Shown here piece after piece: positions 52,301 through 60,837 of a stretch of DNA of 64,000 nt. The stretch spans positions 124,001 through 188,000 of the forward strand of contig CDROCS010001100.1 of NCBI GenBank assembly GCA_977020255.1, in the 5' to 3' direction. Position 1 is the first letter of the stretch. Each line of letters opens with the position of its first letter. Source of the stretch: Obrimoposthia wandeli. Its lineage: Eukaryota. Both the position numbers and the translations under genes were made by a program. Below the pieces are notes generated by a model, which was not told where the DNA came from, ran no database searches, and was given only the letters and a program-made list of their open reading frames with translations.

Positions 52301-55214
52301 TTTTCATGTTTTTGACCTTTTCATATGATTTATATTTAAAATCAATTTTGTACTATAATAATAGCATTTATATTTTTTATAATGATAAAATTCAAATAAC
52401 TAAATTAGTAGCTAATGGTAACTAATTATAGTAGCTATTAAATTAGGAAATTTAAATAATAAATAGAAAATATTTACAGAATATCATGTGAAATTTACTA
52501 TATTAATTTGACAGTTATATTATTTTCAATATGCAGCCAACCCTAGATTTAGTGTCCCCCCCCTTATAGTGTCATGATTTTTTAGATTAATATTATGTAT
52601 TACATAATTTTTAACGGATTTCTTGCTTCAAAATATGTTTGAAAAAAATACATGAGTTTAGATTTTGCAATTAAAAAAAGATCTAAAAAAACCCAGTGTT
52701 TCAAAGAAGAGGAGTTAAAATACTGAAAAATGTCTATAAAATTATCCGACAGCTTGCAGTTTAACTCCTATATTTGAAGAATGGGTAGATAATTTTAATT
52801 CAGAAATGGCCCTGTGTAACAGAAATATAAATAATATTTATTGAAAAGCTAAAAGGAAAAGATACTCTTGTATCTTTTAAAGCTTATTTAATTAAAAGTG
52901 TTATAGAAGAATTAACAGATGATTGGGATGGTGTTGAAATTTCTACAACGCAATGTCTGTACAAAAATAGTATTTCGTAGCTTTGATGATTTAGTGACAC
53001 TCTTACTGGAAAATTCCCCAAGAGTGGCACTATATCGAGGGTTGACTGTATTTGTTTATTTTACATTTTATTATAAATTATTTATTAAGTTTACTTTTTT
53101 TTTCTCCAAATATTAGATATATTTCATAACTGAAATATAGCATTTCTGCGTTTATTTTGCGTAAAAACTGATTCATTTTGAGCTCGTTTGGAAAAACCTT
53201 GGGAGAGTTATAAAACGTACCATTATCTCTCTATATGCAATATTTCATTCAATTCCAAGCGACTACAGTAATTATTCACCTGTAAGGGTATTCATTAAAA
53301 CATGTTTTGTGAGAGAGACCGACACCGAATCACTTATAGATGCATTATTTAAAAGTCTCACCTGTAAGGGTACAGTCGAATATTCAAACAAGAACTTAAA
53401 ATCCTGAAAAGATGTTTACTTACATTAATTACATATGTTCAGATACATTTATATGAGGGGGGAAATGATGAATAAATCGATCATTGAGTTGAATTTTCTC
53501 TGTGATTAAAAAAAAATCAAGGACTTAAATCCGGTCACCGGGCACCCTTATAGGTGAAGCGTGAAATTTTCGGTGACCGGACACCCTTATAGGTGAATAA
53601 TTACTGTAGTCGTGAAACCTCCCCAAGTTGGCCAGCTGACAATCTACTTGATGAGCTTACTAAACCTCTTGAAAAGTTAAATAAGGCTGCATTAGAGGTT
53701 GTTTTCATTCATCCGACACGTAGAGGTAATCTTTTACAAGTGTTTAAGACAGTTTCTATTAAAACAAGATGTGTTTTACTATCTGAGCCATCGGTCTCTA
53801 TGGTAGCCGACGAGTCAACAAATTCAAATGATGAATATTTTTCTTAATATTTCAGGGGTTCCAGCTGTTGTCAAATCGGGTCATGATAATCTTGTTTCTT
53901 ACTTAATTAGACAACAGTCTGCTGAAGAAATATCTCCTCATTTGTATAAGTTCGCTTTTCCGGGTCTACGCTCATGAGTAATCTAAAAATATGAGCGAGA
54001 CTTTGAAAAAAGCCCTCAACCGCTCCAACAAACAAACTAAACCAGTGTAAATCTAATTAAAAAGCTTATATTATAATATGCTAATATTTGTTTCTTGTTT
54101 TAATACATCAAATATTATTTGTTTCTTTAATTCATCTGGTTATATTCTGCCCCTATTTGCAAATTCATCATATTATTTGCAATATTTTGAAATTTCTGAA
54201 TAAACTAAACTAGCCATTTGAAACCTCATTGGCATTTACACATAATGAGTTGTTGTAATTTATGTTCATTTTCTTCAATATATTGGAAATTTTTATAAAA
54301 TGTTACCTCAATTATTGGACTATAAATTTATATGATGCTTATGAAAGTACTAAAATAATTCGAAAATAAAAATTGTTTACTATATTAAAATGAACATAGA
54401 AATAACTCAATATATCATCATATGAAAATCATTCCTTAAGGCTTCCCAGTATACCCTTCGTCAACCTTTGTGGGGTTTATATTTACCCGTTTCGTTCTAT
54501 TGGTAACTGTTTTGGTCAATGGGCCATTTGTTTGAGCTATAGTTCTGATTTTACGATAATTTTCTTGATTATTTGGGGCATTTCTTTCAAAAGTTATATA
54601 AATGACAATTTTAGTTCATTTGCTCTAGTTTATTTCATTTGTTCTTTGTTTCTATTTTTTTCATTTAAATATTCCATTGGGGATTCTTACAGACATTTAA
54701 AATACATTTACTCAAAGAATTTGTAATATTTCAGAAATATACTGAATAAAAGACATTTCTAGCGTTTCAATTCAATTATGAGCGTTTCTTGGTCTTCACG
54801 TTGGCCCGTAGATAAGATGAGACAACATAGTAGTTGCTGATCCGCTTCCGGTACAGAAAACTCCTCATTGGCTGGTTACATACACGTCCGGGATTGTGAC
54901 ACCGACAAAATTTCAATAGGAATGTTAGCGGGTATGGCTAATTTCCAAACTGTTTGTCAAAAACACGATTACGATCATTTAAAAAAATGCGAATTTTGTC
55001 TGATGTTTAAAGCGATAAACTGACAATCGTCCAGTCTCAGTTGTGCCAAAAGGCTGCGGAGACTCTGGCAACCCCCTGCAACAACATAAACCGCGTCTGC
55101 CCAGGTGAATCAATATCAGCCATTCCATGTAGTGCTTCGACAAAGACGACCGCGGCCTTGACAACCACGATGCTGTGTCTTGCAGCTGTACTGATCGGGA
55201 CAATGACCTTGTGA
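10280..55214 (+). CDS. LMLN: Leishmanolysin-like (invadolysin, peptidase M8) gene, 13 exons, 576 aa from this exon; 5' end incomplete
   Basis: Exons 10280-10365, 14304-14424, 16221-16490, 35847-35956, 38611-38722, 39961-40068, 40846-40922, 44027-44137, 44785-44968, 48334-48412, 51127-51263, 52014-52169, 55035-55214 all have AG/GT boundaries and compatible phases. They give HEIAH, third-ligand SHFEK, Met-turn NELMT, SRFTLALMQDTGWY, DYCP and a hydrophobic C-terminus. Symbol denotes family; orthology untested. Confidence 0.9.
10986..13396. repeat. G-rich minisatellite, ~39-bp unit GGGGATGGGGGAGGGCATGCGGTGCATTTCACAGTCTGT, about 60 copies
   Basis: Direct reading; unit length varies 38-40 bp; degenerate in the 12.1-13.1 kb part; intronic. 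Confidence 0.97.
14304..14424 (+). CDS. M8 protease exon QCKGAFSTRTINGSRRVVCETSCVIPQTCVTTAVPEQLLQ
   Basis: ttgcag/gtatat boundaries; phase 2 to 0; Cys pattern of the M8 N-terminal domain. Confidence 0.85.
15300..15830 (-). mobile_element. Decayed L2/CR1-clade RT fragment
   Basis: LKCGDPQGS and YTDDTQLY (YADD motif) in ORF 15552-15812; same family as the 300-1330 fragment. Confidence 0.75.
16221..16490 (+). CDS. M8 protease catalytic exon (...LAYASACDLDSSTDRPVLGIINLCP...LRHEIAHIL)
   Basis: HEXXH zinc motif and RP-x-x-G-x-I-N-x-C motif; atgcag/gtgagt boundaries. Confidence 0.95.
16670..17000 (+). mobile_element. Internally deleted, decayed mariner (Mos1/SETMAR-like) transposase
   Basis: FLYQYNLGLRAAEA...IFGKG...WFEKF (HTH region) joined to IHYTFLNPGETI...NRKG. 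Confidence 0.7.
17928..18479 (+). repeat. Left TIR (552 bp) of the Polinton
   Basis: Reverse complement of 32861-33570 outside the N gap; contains the terminal palindrome, an A-tract array and the 57-nt motif. Confidence 0.95.
17934..18105. repeat. Terminal 172-bp palindrome (77/78-bp arms, 17-nt loop)
   Basis: Arms are perfect reverse complements except C12 vs G13 run; loop AAATTTGATTAGTCATA at 18011-18027. Confidence 0.95.
19069..19311 (-). CDS. Small acidic Polinton protein, 80 aa (MTTSKEKLQALYDNL...EYNYV); second copy 20332-20575 has a 1-nt insertion
   Basis: ATG downstream of TATA boxes (19346-19357) and triple CCAAT; ORF-track start at 19380 is an alternative codon inside the promoter. 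Confidence 0.6.
   Translation of the reverse strand: MTTSKEKLQALYDNLSPTLMAQYTEKYFSLFVAPELFVSRIEELYMYHLFNGDFKPKVATIIKIEEEEESMDCDNEYNYV
19346..19407 (-). promoter_or_regulatory. Pol II-type promoter: three CCAAT boxes at 13-bp period plus tandem TATAAA (duplicate at ~20610-20671)
   Basis: CCAAT at 19377, 19390, 19403; TATAAATATAAA on minus strand ~35-45 nt upstream of the ATG. Confidence 0.55.
20839..24386 (-). CDS. polB: Protein-primed family B DNA polymerase with N-terminal TP/vOTU region and endonuclease VII-like domain; about 5 frameshifts
   Basis: DQCF...HY (vOTU-like Cys 23703-23705, His 23388-23390); ExoI YADFES; CxxC...VRDHDH.TG.Y.GAAC..CN; ExoII FHNLMGYD; ExoIII YMKLD; Pol motifs DINNLYG, KLKNNSIYGK, DTDS. 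Frameshifts near 22965, 22880, 22630, 21830, 21296. Confidence 0.95.
24373..25138 (-). CDS. Basic leader + ubiquitin-like domain ending LRGG + Cys/His (zinc-finger-like) region; one frameshift near 24705
   Basis: Joining ORFs 24692-25138 and 24373-24771 across a T5 run gives ITIFANLLGSCKPINISPGLKITDLANKL...NGMPFEREAIIGDV(F)LHEGAIIHVYPKLRGG|S, co-linear with ubiquitin. Confidence 0.75.
25127..25181 (-). other. Internal copy of a ~57-nt structured TIR motif (also 18386-18442, 18954-19010, 20215-20271, 32898-32954)
   Basis: Near-identical sequence; three predicted stems preserved through G-U substitutions on the gene-sense strand. Confidence 0.75.
25206..25611 (-). CDS. Spliced 120-aa low-complexity Polinton protein (MSKIIFARNGKKIWTIKPPLVDMDDDD...KLLGT), absent from the ORF track
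   Basis: Coding exons 25501-25611 and 25206-25457; intron 25458-25500 (gtaatt...tttag, 43 nt); 5'-UTR intron 25612-25659 (gtaagt...tttag); open frame to TAA. Confidence 0.75.
25693..25731 (-). promoter_or_regulatory. TATATAAA box enclosed by a perfect 12-bp inverted repeat
   Basis: CTACACTGATTG (25693-25704) / CAATCAGTGTAG (25720-25731); Inr-like TCATT downstream; CACGTG motifs near 25761 and 25822. Confidence 0.55.
26079..26459 (-). CDS. Adenain-like cysteine protease, spliced (MNTVQVNEITSLL...)
   Basis: GEHW, YDPLG, Q-x(6)-CG catalytic residues. ATGAA (26455-26459) overlaps the MCP stop; a 42-nt GT-AG intron 26413-26454 restores an MNT start. Confidence 0.9.
26456..27680 (-). CDS. Major capsid protein (PY, double jelly-roll); frameshift near 27402
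   Basis: KSEL.IF...PQ, YLDLNDTLL, HSLF, Y..KA.IETILNY, DIFEQPKYL motifs; removing one A from an A5 run joins the two ORFs. Confidence 0.9.
27683..28105 (-). CDS. Basic virion core/membrane-active protein with protease-type QxGG/QxGxG motifs
   Basis: QQGG, QYGSGW followed by amphipathic LKTLGRLAFPILKRL, QEGSGR; typical position between penton and MCP. Confidence 0.75.
   Translation of the reverse strand: MSITVMNIIETFSGPQQGGELPYFVGKQYGSGWLKTLGRLAFPILKRLGRVGVKTVQDVIMNNKSVLPMLKQHALGEVAGAIPEAKEAFGTVVKIIKNRRKRKASEAAQTVEPETKKQEGSGRKKASSINKRRKQGTIFA
28127..29296 (-). CDS. Minor capsid protein (PX, penton)
   Basis: N-terminal FYMILPSNS...F...L.GKWEAAL.EF.Y and C-terminal YLYSSLCEP..VG...PLL...Y.PL....I..IEI.IR motifs; intact 389 aa. 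Confidence 0.85.
   Translation of the reverse strand: MDQSKPDRDFYMILPSNSCPKTQPNNMASLFTVDWENPITLNGKWEAALTEFTYTNTPVILNKGSEINYSIKFSNQQTDQISLSVIHTQVEVEKKEPQLHGDKSEPKVIKKTINKISKLTVTSKDKIAKLSISLSTVGVGIDKKDNVVLIKSVNNKKFYIKMDADAKNELGFIFNTLTSEGFESDDKGVLLGSTSIRPDCSAHNLQYMHYKTGSYNKKIVFTEDLNNNNVNALVAYIKSKCDVIFKRFYIDDNDKLIKFVLKNGIEHIGFDQRLMYVLGLDKSRFTGNGSGLPRLNYEFDHMYLYSSLCEPVNVGGQMIPLLKSIWLDKNKAPGDTVNIAIYRPMYIPLASNVISNIEINIRNDAGVPISFSNNAKVSLTIHVRCIDQV
29260..30292 (-). CDS. Retroviral-like DDE integrase with C-terminal chromo-like domain; frameshift near 29765
   Basis: WQADL, QTDKGKEF, VERFNRT catalytic triad; YLVKWHGY...TW tail. Confidence 0.93.
30344..30672 (-). CDS. Conserved small Maverick protein (PW-like) ending KQK-GGFIGALIPIIATLVSPLIAKLINS; frameshift near 30422
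   Basis: EVLFNITKG.V and LRKHQKAL..L motifs; adding one A to an A4 run restores QKGG|FI plus a hydrophobic tail. Confidence 0.7.
30704..31024 (-). CDS. Lys-rich basic protein, 106 aa (histone-H1-like tail)
   Basis: KKSVKTVKRKPVKKKPLKKKPVKK; start overlaps the upstream stop. Confidence 0.65.
   Translation of the reverse strand: MLIMSFMKETMPSGVGPKWRPGDKLHANDNNLMLKKNAHIKNLIKSVLHQRKVVDESLKKSVKTVKRKPVKKKPLKKKPVKKAVGKSVKKSDKKRVNKLVGKWIKL
31018..31497 (-). CDS. Chimeric ORF: N-terminal half of a BIR (IAP) domain fused in frame to the C-terminal part of an A32/FtsK-like packaging ATPase
   Basis: ESERLRSL...LAKAGFY...DKVKC then LNVHYLVLFKNPRD...ARQAFP...DAT..PHGYLFLD...LRVRTDIF; no Walker A/B and no distal BIR Zn ligands. 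Confidence 0.8.
   Translation of the reverse strand: MLVDYILHYTTVDDVLVRRKVGYSRMKVLHWKYRRESERLRSLIINFKGKQSVNDLAKAGFYKHDDDSTDKVKCTRNLNVHYLVLFKNPRDQTVIDFVARQAFPCNKQYLIDAFQDATTNPHGYLFLDFTQECPDDLRVRTDIFNNDFVYKQKKSLSTC
31539..32030 (-). CDS. TATA-binding-protein-like protein, two repeats, 150 aa, spliced
   Basis: Exons 31901-32030 and 31539-31861; 39-nt intron 31862-31900. Repeat 1: NLANI...TLIIFRSGACRIMGCK. Repeat 2: IQSV...FEPELFPAL...VNIFASGKVVILGLK. Confidence 0.85.
32031..32155. promoter_or_regulatory. Divergent promoter between the TBP-like gene and the + strand gene
   Basis: Two CCAAT boxes (~32052, ~32089), each followed by a TATA-like run (TATATATAAAA, TATATATATATAAG), in 125 bp. Confidence 0.55.
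32156..32812 (+). CDS. 218-aa protein: acidic/disordered N-terminus and beta-rich C-terminal domain, possibly an OB-fold ssDNA-binding protein
   Basis: Intact ORF, the only + strand gene of the element; SSB assignment inferred from the alternating hydrophobic pattern (MIVISIQGYK...PIWKIT). Confidence 0.7.
   Translation: MNSKQTKSLKFEKPPPPTRITDTDVDTDDDDDVVFISKPKKQTMTSNNHKQTKTIKIEKQATNEDLFIDDIVSTPKHKKPFNNKPSDVIFESNDLKYTKPVMFYNWQMNFLKTPIIYGFMFPVALNKSKYDFKIHRLNPSDIDDLNKTFESMHLNIIVGNHIIIRADPNLFKRDHDFNVDNMGTGLKWMIVISIQGYKINCTGLHKPIWKITDGQVRL
32861..33570 (-). repeat. Right TIR with N gap (33029-33301) and terminal palindrome (33398-33564)
   Basis: Reverse complement of the left TIR; loop in flipped orientation; C4 vs G16 homopolymer difference between arms. 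Confidence 0.95.
34211..34381. mobile_element. 171-bp foldback MITE
   Basis: CAGTAGGTGGATGTGTCCGGTC...GACCGGACACATCCACTTACTG, nearly fully palindromic; 4-bp flanking duplication CTCG. Confidence 0.75.
34640..35708 (+). mobile_element. Decayed Transib/RAG1-like DDE transposase with probable right end
   Basis: IRIGIDG (34642), AADLKLCNILLGL...HP (34881), FAGNSARRLLK (35178); ends ...CACCGTG (minus-strand CACGGTG, heptamer-like) at 35708. Confidence 0.6.
35847..35956 (+). CDS. M8 protease exon GFSSNLYAFYRFPNGTARTPRDASGLPTVIKTIGQS
   Basis: Canonical GFS continuation of HEXXHxL; attcag/gtaagt boundaries. Confidence 0.92.
36150..37150 (+). mobile_element. 3' end of an RLE-type (R2/NeSL-like) non-LTR retrotransposon
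   Basis: RHDMVVQE, RPDI, EIEVPFD...KYQNL...I.VGTL..W motifs, followed by a ~250-bp 3' UTR. Confidence 0.6.
37330..37800 (+). mobile_element. Decayed IS630-Tc1-mariner transposase fragment
   Basis: FF.ETVTGDLYLNILQNY, MQDGSPAHY, HFPGTW...WPP.SPD.TP.DF.LW remnants. Confidence 0.7.
37893..38340 (-). mobile_element. Second, 5'-truncated copy of the RLE-LINE 3' end, inverted relative to 36862-37149
   Basis: Both ORFs end A-D-K-x-E-R-I-E-K-W-x-Y-V; ~290 bp of divergent inverted similarity. Confidence 0.6.
38611..38722 (+). CDS. M8 protease exon IYQYSTNTIVEKTYTFAYKAGFTEEKKYSVIITPTVQ
   Basis: gtccag/gtaggt boundaries; phase 2 to 0; TP.V motif. Confidence 0.88.
39961..40068 (+). CDS. M8 protease exon AEMRTYFNCSTIDGAFLEDFGGTTNSLSHFEKKMFL
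   Basis: Third zinc-ligand His; tttcag/gtgaga boundaries. Confidence 0.92.
40846..40922 (+). CDS. M8 protease exon NELMTAVIAADGSLSRFTLALMQDT(G)
   Basis: Met-turn; gtgcag/gtcagt boundaries. Confidence 0.92.
41330..41720 (-). mobile_element. Decayed Tc1/mariner (maT-like) transposase C-terminus
   Basis: YV.TQNGAPGHTAK, FW......P.SPDLNP-like, LERVTNKTYPPNIDSLKKVIQQEW remnants. Confidence 0.65.
44027..44137 (+). CDS. M8 protease exon WYTVNFLSADKYNQTRNIGCDFLTKSCYDFMTSMIS
   Basis: DTG|WY junction and GC.F...SC motif; tttcag/gtaaga boundaries. Confidence 0.92.
44785..44968 (+). CDS. M8 protease exon NQPIAPYCNSVQTLFC...DHYSDYCPFVQ
   Basis: P.C and DYCP motifs; phase 2 to 0. Confidence 0.9.
45800..47945 (-). 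mobile_element. Decayed Ty3/Gypsy pol fragment (RT C-terminus, RNase H, integrase); no LTRs seen
   Basis: YLDDILVYS, LKLNPNKC, DTDASFGAIGAVLSQ, H...CHLG...C..C, DRFSK, ILTDRG, TTPYHQQANGLAER. Confidence 0.9.
48334..48412 (+). CDS. M8 protease exon TYAQYSTSGSLENTGACTDSNNNAVS(G)
   Basis: gcacag/gtgagt boundaries; phase 0 to 1 fits both neighbours. Confidence 0.85.
49380..49900 (-). mobile_element. Decayed Tc1-like fragment
   Basis: KKPPVLT...R..F and QQERNG/PH remnants only. Confidence 0.4.
51127..51263 (+). CDS. M8 protease exon TSSDYFNQRFGSSSTCVPF...FSGAGCYV
   Basis: FG..S.C and G.GCY motifs; cctcag/gttagc boundaries. Confidence 0.9.
52014..52169 (+). CDS. M8 protease exon HKCSTSYGLVIVVNGLSYQC...GQLICPACNSRCP
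   Basis: G.LICP.C motif; ttgcag/gttagt boundaries. Confidence 0.92.
53266..53606. mobile_element. Tc1/mariner-type MITE, 341 bp
   Basis: TIR CAGTAATTATTCACCT(G/A)TAAGGGT; TA TSD in a palindromic CGAC-TA-GTCG target; subterminal copies of the CACC..TA.AGG(G)TG motif. Confidence 0.85.
55035..55214 (+). CDS. Last M8 protease exon (SQ)LCQKAAETLATPC...TTAALTTTMLCLAAVLIGTMTL*, GPI-signal-like tail
   Basis: GC-rich, phase 0, Cys-rich then hydrophobic terminus; alternative acceptor at 55041. Confidence 0.75.
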   Translation, partial: SQLCQKAAETLATPCNNINRVCPGESISAIPCSASTKTTAALTTTMLCLAAVLIGTMTL

Positions 55215-57419
55215 CCTCAACATTCTTGACCTCGCTGTGATCCAACACAATATTCTTGTTCTCACCACATTCTCTTTTTAAACAGATTAATTGATCTTTT
55301 ACAACTTATTTGTTTTTTAAAATGTTCTTAAGATAAATATACTTTCCATATTTCTTTTATACAACACAAAAGTACTTCATCGAAATTCGACAACTTGAGC
55401 AGAAAGATTGACTTACACTAAATTCTGCTTGAATGTTTCAGTTAAATTCTAAACAAAGAACGGGAATATACTCCAAAACAAATATCCGGATATTTTAAGT
55501 GAGACTTTAAAAAGTATTGAATAGCTGTCCAAAAATGAAAAATTCATGCTTTTAATATATTGAATTATAAAATGTAACCACACTGAACGATACAATTTTG
55601 GAACTTACTCATAATTTCCCCTTAATTTTAATTTAAAAATAAAAAATAATATTTTTTATATGAAACATTTTTATAAGTTATTAATGTTTTTTTATGTTAA
55701 AGCTTTTTTGCTATATTTACATATTCAGATACTTTAATTTAAATTTAATCAAAAAAACCTCCCTTCAAACAAGATAAGAAAAATAAAATGAATTTTATTT
55801 ATTAAAAATCGGGGTGATTCTGAAGAAGTATTTGACCAGTTTTTATTACTTAATCAAAGACAATAATTAATAAAATATAGTAAACTAAAATGTTACAAAG
55901 GTGCGACAAACTTGATTTTAATTAATGTTATTGACTTTAAATTAATTAAAATACAAAAATACCTTTAATATGAGCAACAAAAAACTCTTTGATAATCTCA
56001 AAGATTATGTATAATGAGTTGTTTGCGTATTTTCTCCATATATTGTGTTATCATTGTTATTCCAAAAGAGAAATCATTCAACTTATAATTGAGAAAACAA
56101 ATTTACTATTCATTAACACAAAATAATATTAAAAATGTACATTAATTGAAAAAGAATATAATATACTCGGGATTAAACAAGGTTAATCTAGTTTAAATCA
56201 ATTAATACTGATTTGCTTACAACTAAAGTATATATTTTCAATTTCTTGAAATCGACAGACCTCTATCAATTACTTTTTATGTAATGGAATATTATAGTAA
56301 TAACTTACAACATATTAAACTAAATATATGCAAAATATATTATGTTTACAAATAATTTTTGAATTTCTAGTAAACAAAGACAAAATAAAATAACACGAAA
56401 GAACATTTAATATTTGAAAGAATAAACTTAATAGTAACTTTTATTTAAAATTTATATTATATGCAGTCGGCGCGATACTTTATAATTAAAATATTTTTAT
56501 AGTTTAAAGATAAAATCACTTGATAAAAAACCACAATAATGAGTTAAAGAAATATTGTTTAATATATAAAATGAATTTTTCGATGAAATAAATTGAATAT
56601 TCATATTATATTAATAAGACAATGGCAAAAATATCAAGTAATTTAAATATATATATATATTTTTGTGAAGATTATTATTATACTAATTAACGGTCTTAGT
56701 TACACTTCCAGTCATACTCTCTAACTCTAGTTCATTTACACATTCGACATTACAAACCTTTTTTTTACTCACTTAGTATCATTTTAAACCATACTCTCCA
56801 ACTCTTATTAACTTTAATTCACTTGAGACTCTTAATTTTACTATTTTATATATTTTTTAAAATTAATTAGAAAGTTTAATAATATATTGAAGTATTAAGA
56901 TGAAAATCTTATATGTTTAAACAATTTGTTTTATTTACATATCAAACACTGTGATTAAAGATTTGGTATAATAATTTATTGACAAAGCTTTCAGTTGTTT
57001 GCTATTATTTTCATGTCTTTGGAAATAATTTTACAATATTTGATACACAGAGAATAAAATTGCTTTGTGAGTTAATTTACTATAATTTGAATATATAAAT
57101 ATATTTTCAAATCTTTAAAATGAGAAACGAATACTTATAATTTTAAAATTATATTTACGAATATATTTTTATAATTAAGTTATTTGAAAATAAAGAATTC
57201 AAATTTATCTAATTATTTTAAAACATTTCAATTAAGAAATGTTATTAAATGAGATAAGACATTTTAACTATTTAATTGCATGAGTGTGTATGAAAGGTTA
57301 ACTTTAACATGGAGATAAATTATGTGAAAATATGAAAGTTCACATCTTAATTATTATAATTTCATCAGGTTGTTACATCATCTTCATTGATTGATAGTAT
57401 TAATTTAATAATTAGCTAG

Positions 57420-58230
57420 TACTCACTTGCAGTTTTAGATTCACTTGCAAAGATTCTTACTTGTATTTGCATTCATACTTGCATTCATTTACATTCATAC
57501 TTGCATTCATTTGCATTCATACTTGCATTCATTTACATTCAATCTAACTATAATTTATTCAAACTATCATTCAATTACATTCAAATACATTATTATTTTA
57601 CTAATATTCATTCATACATTCAAACTTAGTGTTGTTGTCTATTAATCTTGCTGTAATTTAGTCATTCTAACTTTTAACATACTTCAGTATCACTGATTCT
57701 TATAGTTGTTTACTTGTTATTAATCTAACTGTAACTTAACATAACTTTATTCATATGAAAACTTTATTTTAATTTACTTATTGTCTAAATTACATTCGCA
57801 TTCAATCAAACTATCGACACTCTTATTTTTATTTTTTCAATTACATTCACTTGCTAAGACTCTTGCTTGTATTTGCATTCATACTTGCATTCACTTGCAT
57901 TCTAACTTGCATTCACTTACAATCATTATAAGTATCATTCAAATACATTAATATTTTACTAATTTACACTCATATCGTCAAACATAGTATTGTTTTCTAT
58001 TAATCTTGCTGTAACTTAGTCATTCTAACTTTTAACATAACTCAGTATCACTACATCTTATAGTTGCTTACGAAAACTATATTTTAATTTACTTATAGTC
58101 TAAATAACACTTTCATTTAATCATACTCTCGACACTCTTATTTTTCAATTACATTCACTTGCTAAGACTCTTACTAGTATTTGCATTCACTTGCATTCAT
58201 ACTTGTATTAATTCATACAATCGATAATTA
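57420..58230. repeat. Tandem ~390-bp units built around (TTGCATTCAT/CAC)n microrepeats
   Basis: 57445-57840 recurs at ~57850-58150 and partly at 58150-58210. Confidence 0.75.
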
Positions 58231-58439
58231 ATTTTATGTGTTTTTTACAAGACATTTTCATTATTTTAGAAAGTCGAATATTAAATAGAAATACTAAGTT
58301 GATAATCGAATATGTAGATAATTTGATTTATTTACATATAAAACAATATTATTAAAGATTTGATATTCGAATTTTTAGACGAAGCTTTCAGTAGCCTTGA
58401 ATAACATGTGTTTTCAAATGAATTTTCAATATTCGATAC

Positions 58440-58680
58440 AAATTTAAAAAATTGAAGTTATTTTTTAATGTGTTAAAGATATTTTCGAATATTTATAGTG
58501 TAAATCGAATAATGTTAATACTCAAATTATATAAATAAACATTCTTTAACCAGTAAGCTTTGAATAACATGAAGTTTTTTTTTAAAAATATGTTAAAGAT
58601 AATTTCGAATATTTATAGTGTAAATCGAATAATGTTAATACTCAAATTATATAAATAAACATTTCTTTAACCAAGTTCTT
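58440..58680. repeat. Tandem ~120-bp duplication
   Basis: GTTAAAGATA...TCGAATATTTATAGTGTAAATCGAATAATG...CTTTAACCA occurs twice. Confidence 0.75.
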
Positions 58681-60837
58681 TAAAATAAAGAATTCAAATT
58701 TATCAGTTTAAAAAAAAAATTCAATTAAGGAATGTTATTAGATAAGGAATTTTTAATTATTTATGTGTGTGTGAATTGATCATTATAACATGTGAAAGTT
58801 ATGTGAGAGAAAACATACAAACGAAAATTTACATATTAATTAATATAATGTAAACATATTATTAATGTTATTCATTGGTTGCTAGTATTAATTTGAAAAT
58901 TACAGATTAATAATAGCAAATGATTTCTCTTTATATATATATATATATATTTTAATTTGGTTTATAATTATTTTATTTTTTATATATTCATCATTATTTT
59001 AGGCATACATTACAATTAAAAAATAATGTAATTTTAAAATTAATAAATGTTTAAGATATTTAACTTAGAGTTATAATAATTAGGTTTGTATATACATTTA
59101 TTTAAATACATCTAAAGAGATAATATAAAAATCGCGGTAATTAAAAAAATATGTTAAAATTTATCATTTTACAGACTTTTATCAAAATTTAAGTTATTAA
59201 AATCTAAAGAGGGTGTTTAAAGCATAAATTGTAACAACAACAAAAGTATAAGTGAGTTAATATCTTGTAATATTCTATCATTTTTAACATTTGTATTTTA
59301 GTAGTTATTAGTTGAACTTTAAGTATTCTTTATTTTTAAATAAATTATTTAAATTTAAAAACCATCAAATAGTACTTGTAAATTTGTTTATTTTAATAAA
59401 TTAGTTATAATTAATATGAATTGTTTTGTGTTTGAATCTATTTTTGTCATTGTTTTAATATATTAATTGTAAACAATAAAAAAATGCGCAATATTTAAAT
59501 TTTAATATAATAAATTTGTAATTCTTTTCTAAAGTTCCAGTTAGATTATAGAATAATGATATTAGGCTGTCGGACATACATCAATGGATTCGTTGAATAA
59601 CTTGTGGTAAGATGAATATTTATCAAATTATTAATTATTTTATAATTAACATTATGTTTAAAATCAAATTTGTTTAATTAAATCAAAGAAACAACGAAAA
59701 ATTTGGCACAAATTTAAAAATAATTTTATTTTAGAAAATTACAAGTATTTTTCTCCAGGACCCCTTAAAGTATGCATGACATATAATAAATGACATATAA
59801 AGAAATTTTACCATAATTCTTTATATGCGTAAGCCTGGGATAAACTTTGATCTAAATTTTCACATAGAATAGTGTGCGTATTATTACGTAATACATTCCT
59901 TAACTGATAAGAGTGAACTTTCACTTCCACATAGAATAATTGATTGATAGATGTGTTGGTACTTTAATATTTTATTTAAAAACTTTTTAAATTAAATTTT
60001 GTTTAACTTTAATAATATCTAACAAATTAAATTGGAGCAAATTTAAATTATTATTTTGAAGAAAACAAAATTACAAGTTTTTTTTTCCACTAGGAATTGT
60101 TTAATTACATTAATAAAAGGGATAAAAATTTTGGTAAATTTAAATATTTATGAAATAATAATAATAATACTGTTAGTAAAGTAATTTGAGTTTATTAACA
60201 TTTTCCTTAATATTTATTTTAAATAATGTTACTTTAATATTTTATTTAAAAAAACCCGTTAAATTAAAATTTGTTTAATTAAATCAATAGAAACCATAAA
60301 AAATTTGGCACAAATTTACATTTAAATATATATATATATATTTTTTAAAATTACAAGTATTTTTATTTTTTCACAAGGACCACTTAAAGTATGCATGACC
60401 TTAAGGGTATCTTTGAACTCAATTTTCATAGACAAGTACAACCATGTAATAAACTTATTATGTTTGTTCCAAATCTGACCCTTAACTTGTGGACGACCAT
60501 AAAATTTTTACATGATTAAACTCGTAATAGTTTGACAAATACAACCATGTACTTGAAACTATGAAATTCCAAATTTTTTTTAACCCTTCATCTATAGACG
60601 ACTAAACTTTATGGGTGAATTTACCTTCTAAAGATGATTCCAACCATGTACTAAAACCTTGATATTTAAAACTTGGTTTTGTTTTTAGCCCGACCCTTTG
60701 ATTTATGGACGTCCATGATCCTTTAGATGTGACGGCCAACCATAGTTGACCTTAATCATACCTTCAAACCTTCAAGTCAAAACTCTGCCTGACCCTTTAA
60801 ATTATGGACGACCATAACCCTTTAGTAATTGACAAAA

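Noticed and set aside
54979-55248. Minus-strand 89-aa ORF (likewise 16233-16484, 63076-63285, 63622-63903)
   Set aside because: Antisense shadows of GC-rich host exons.
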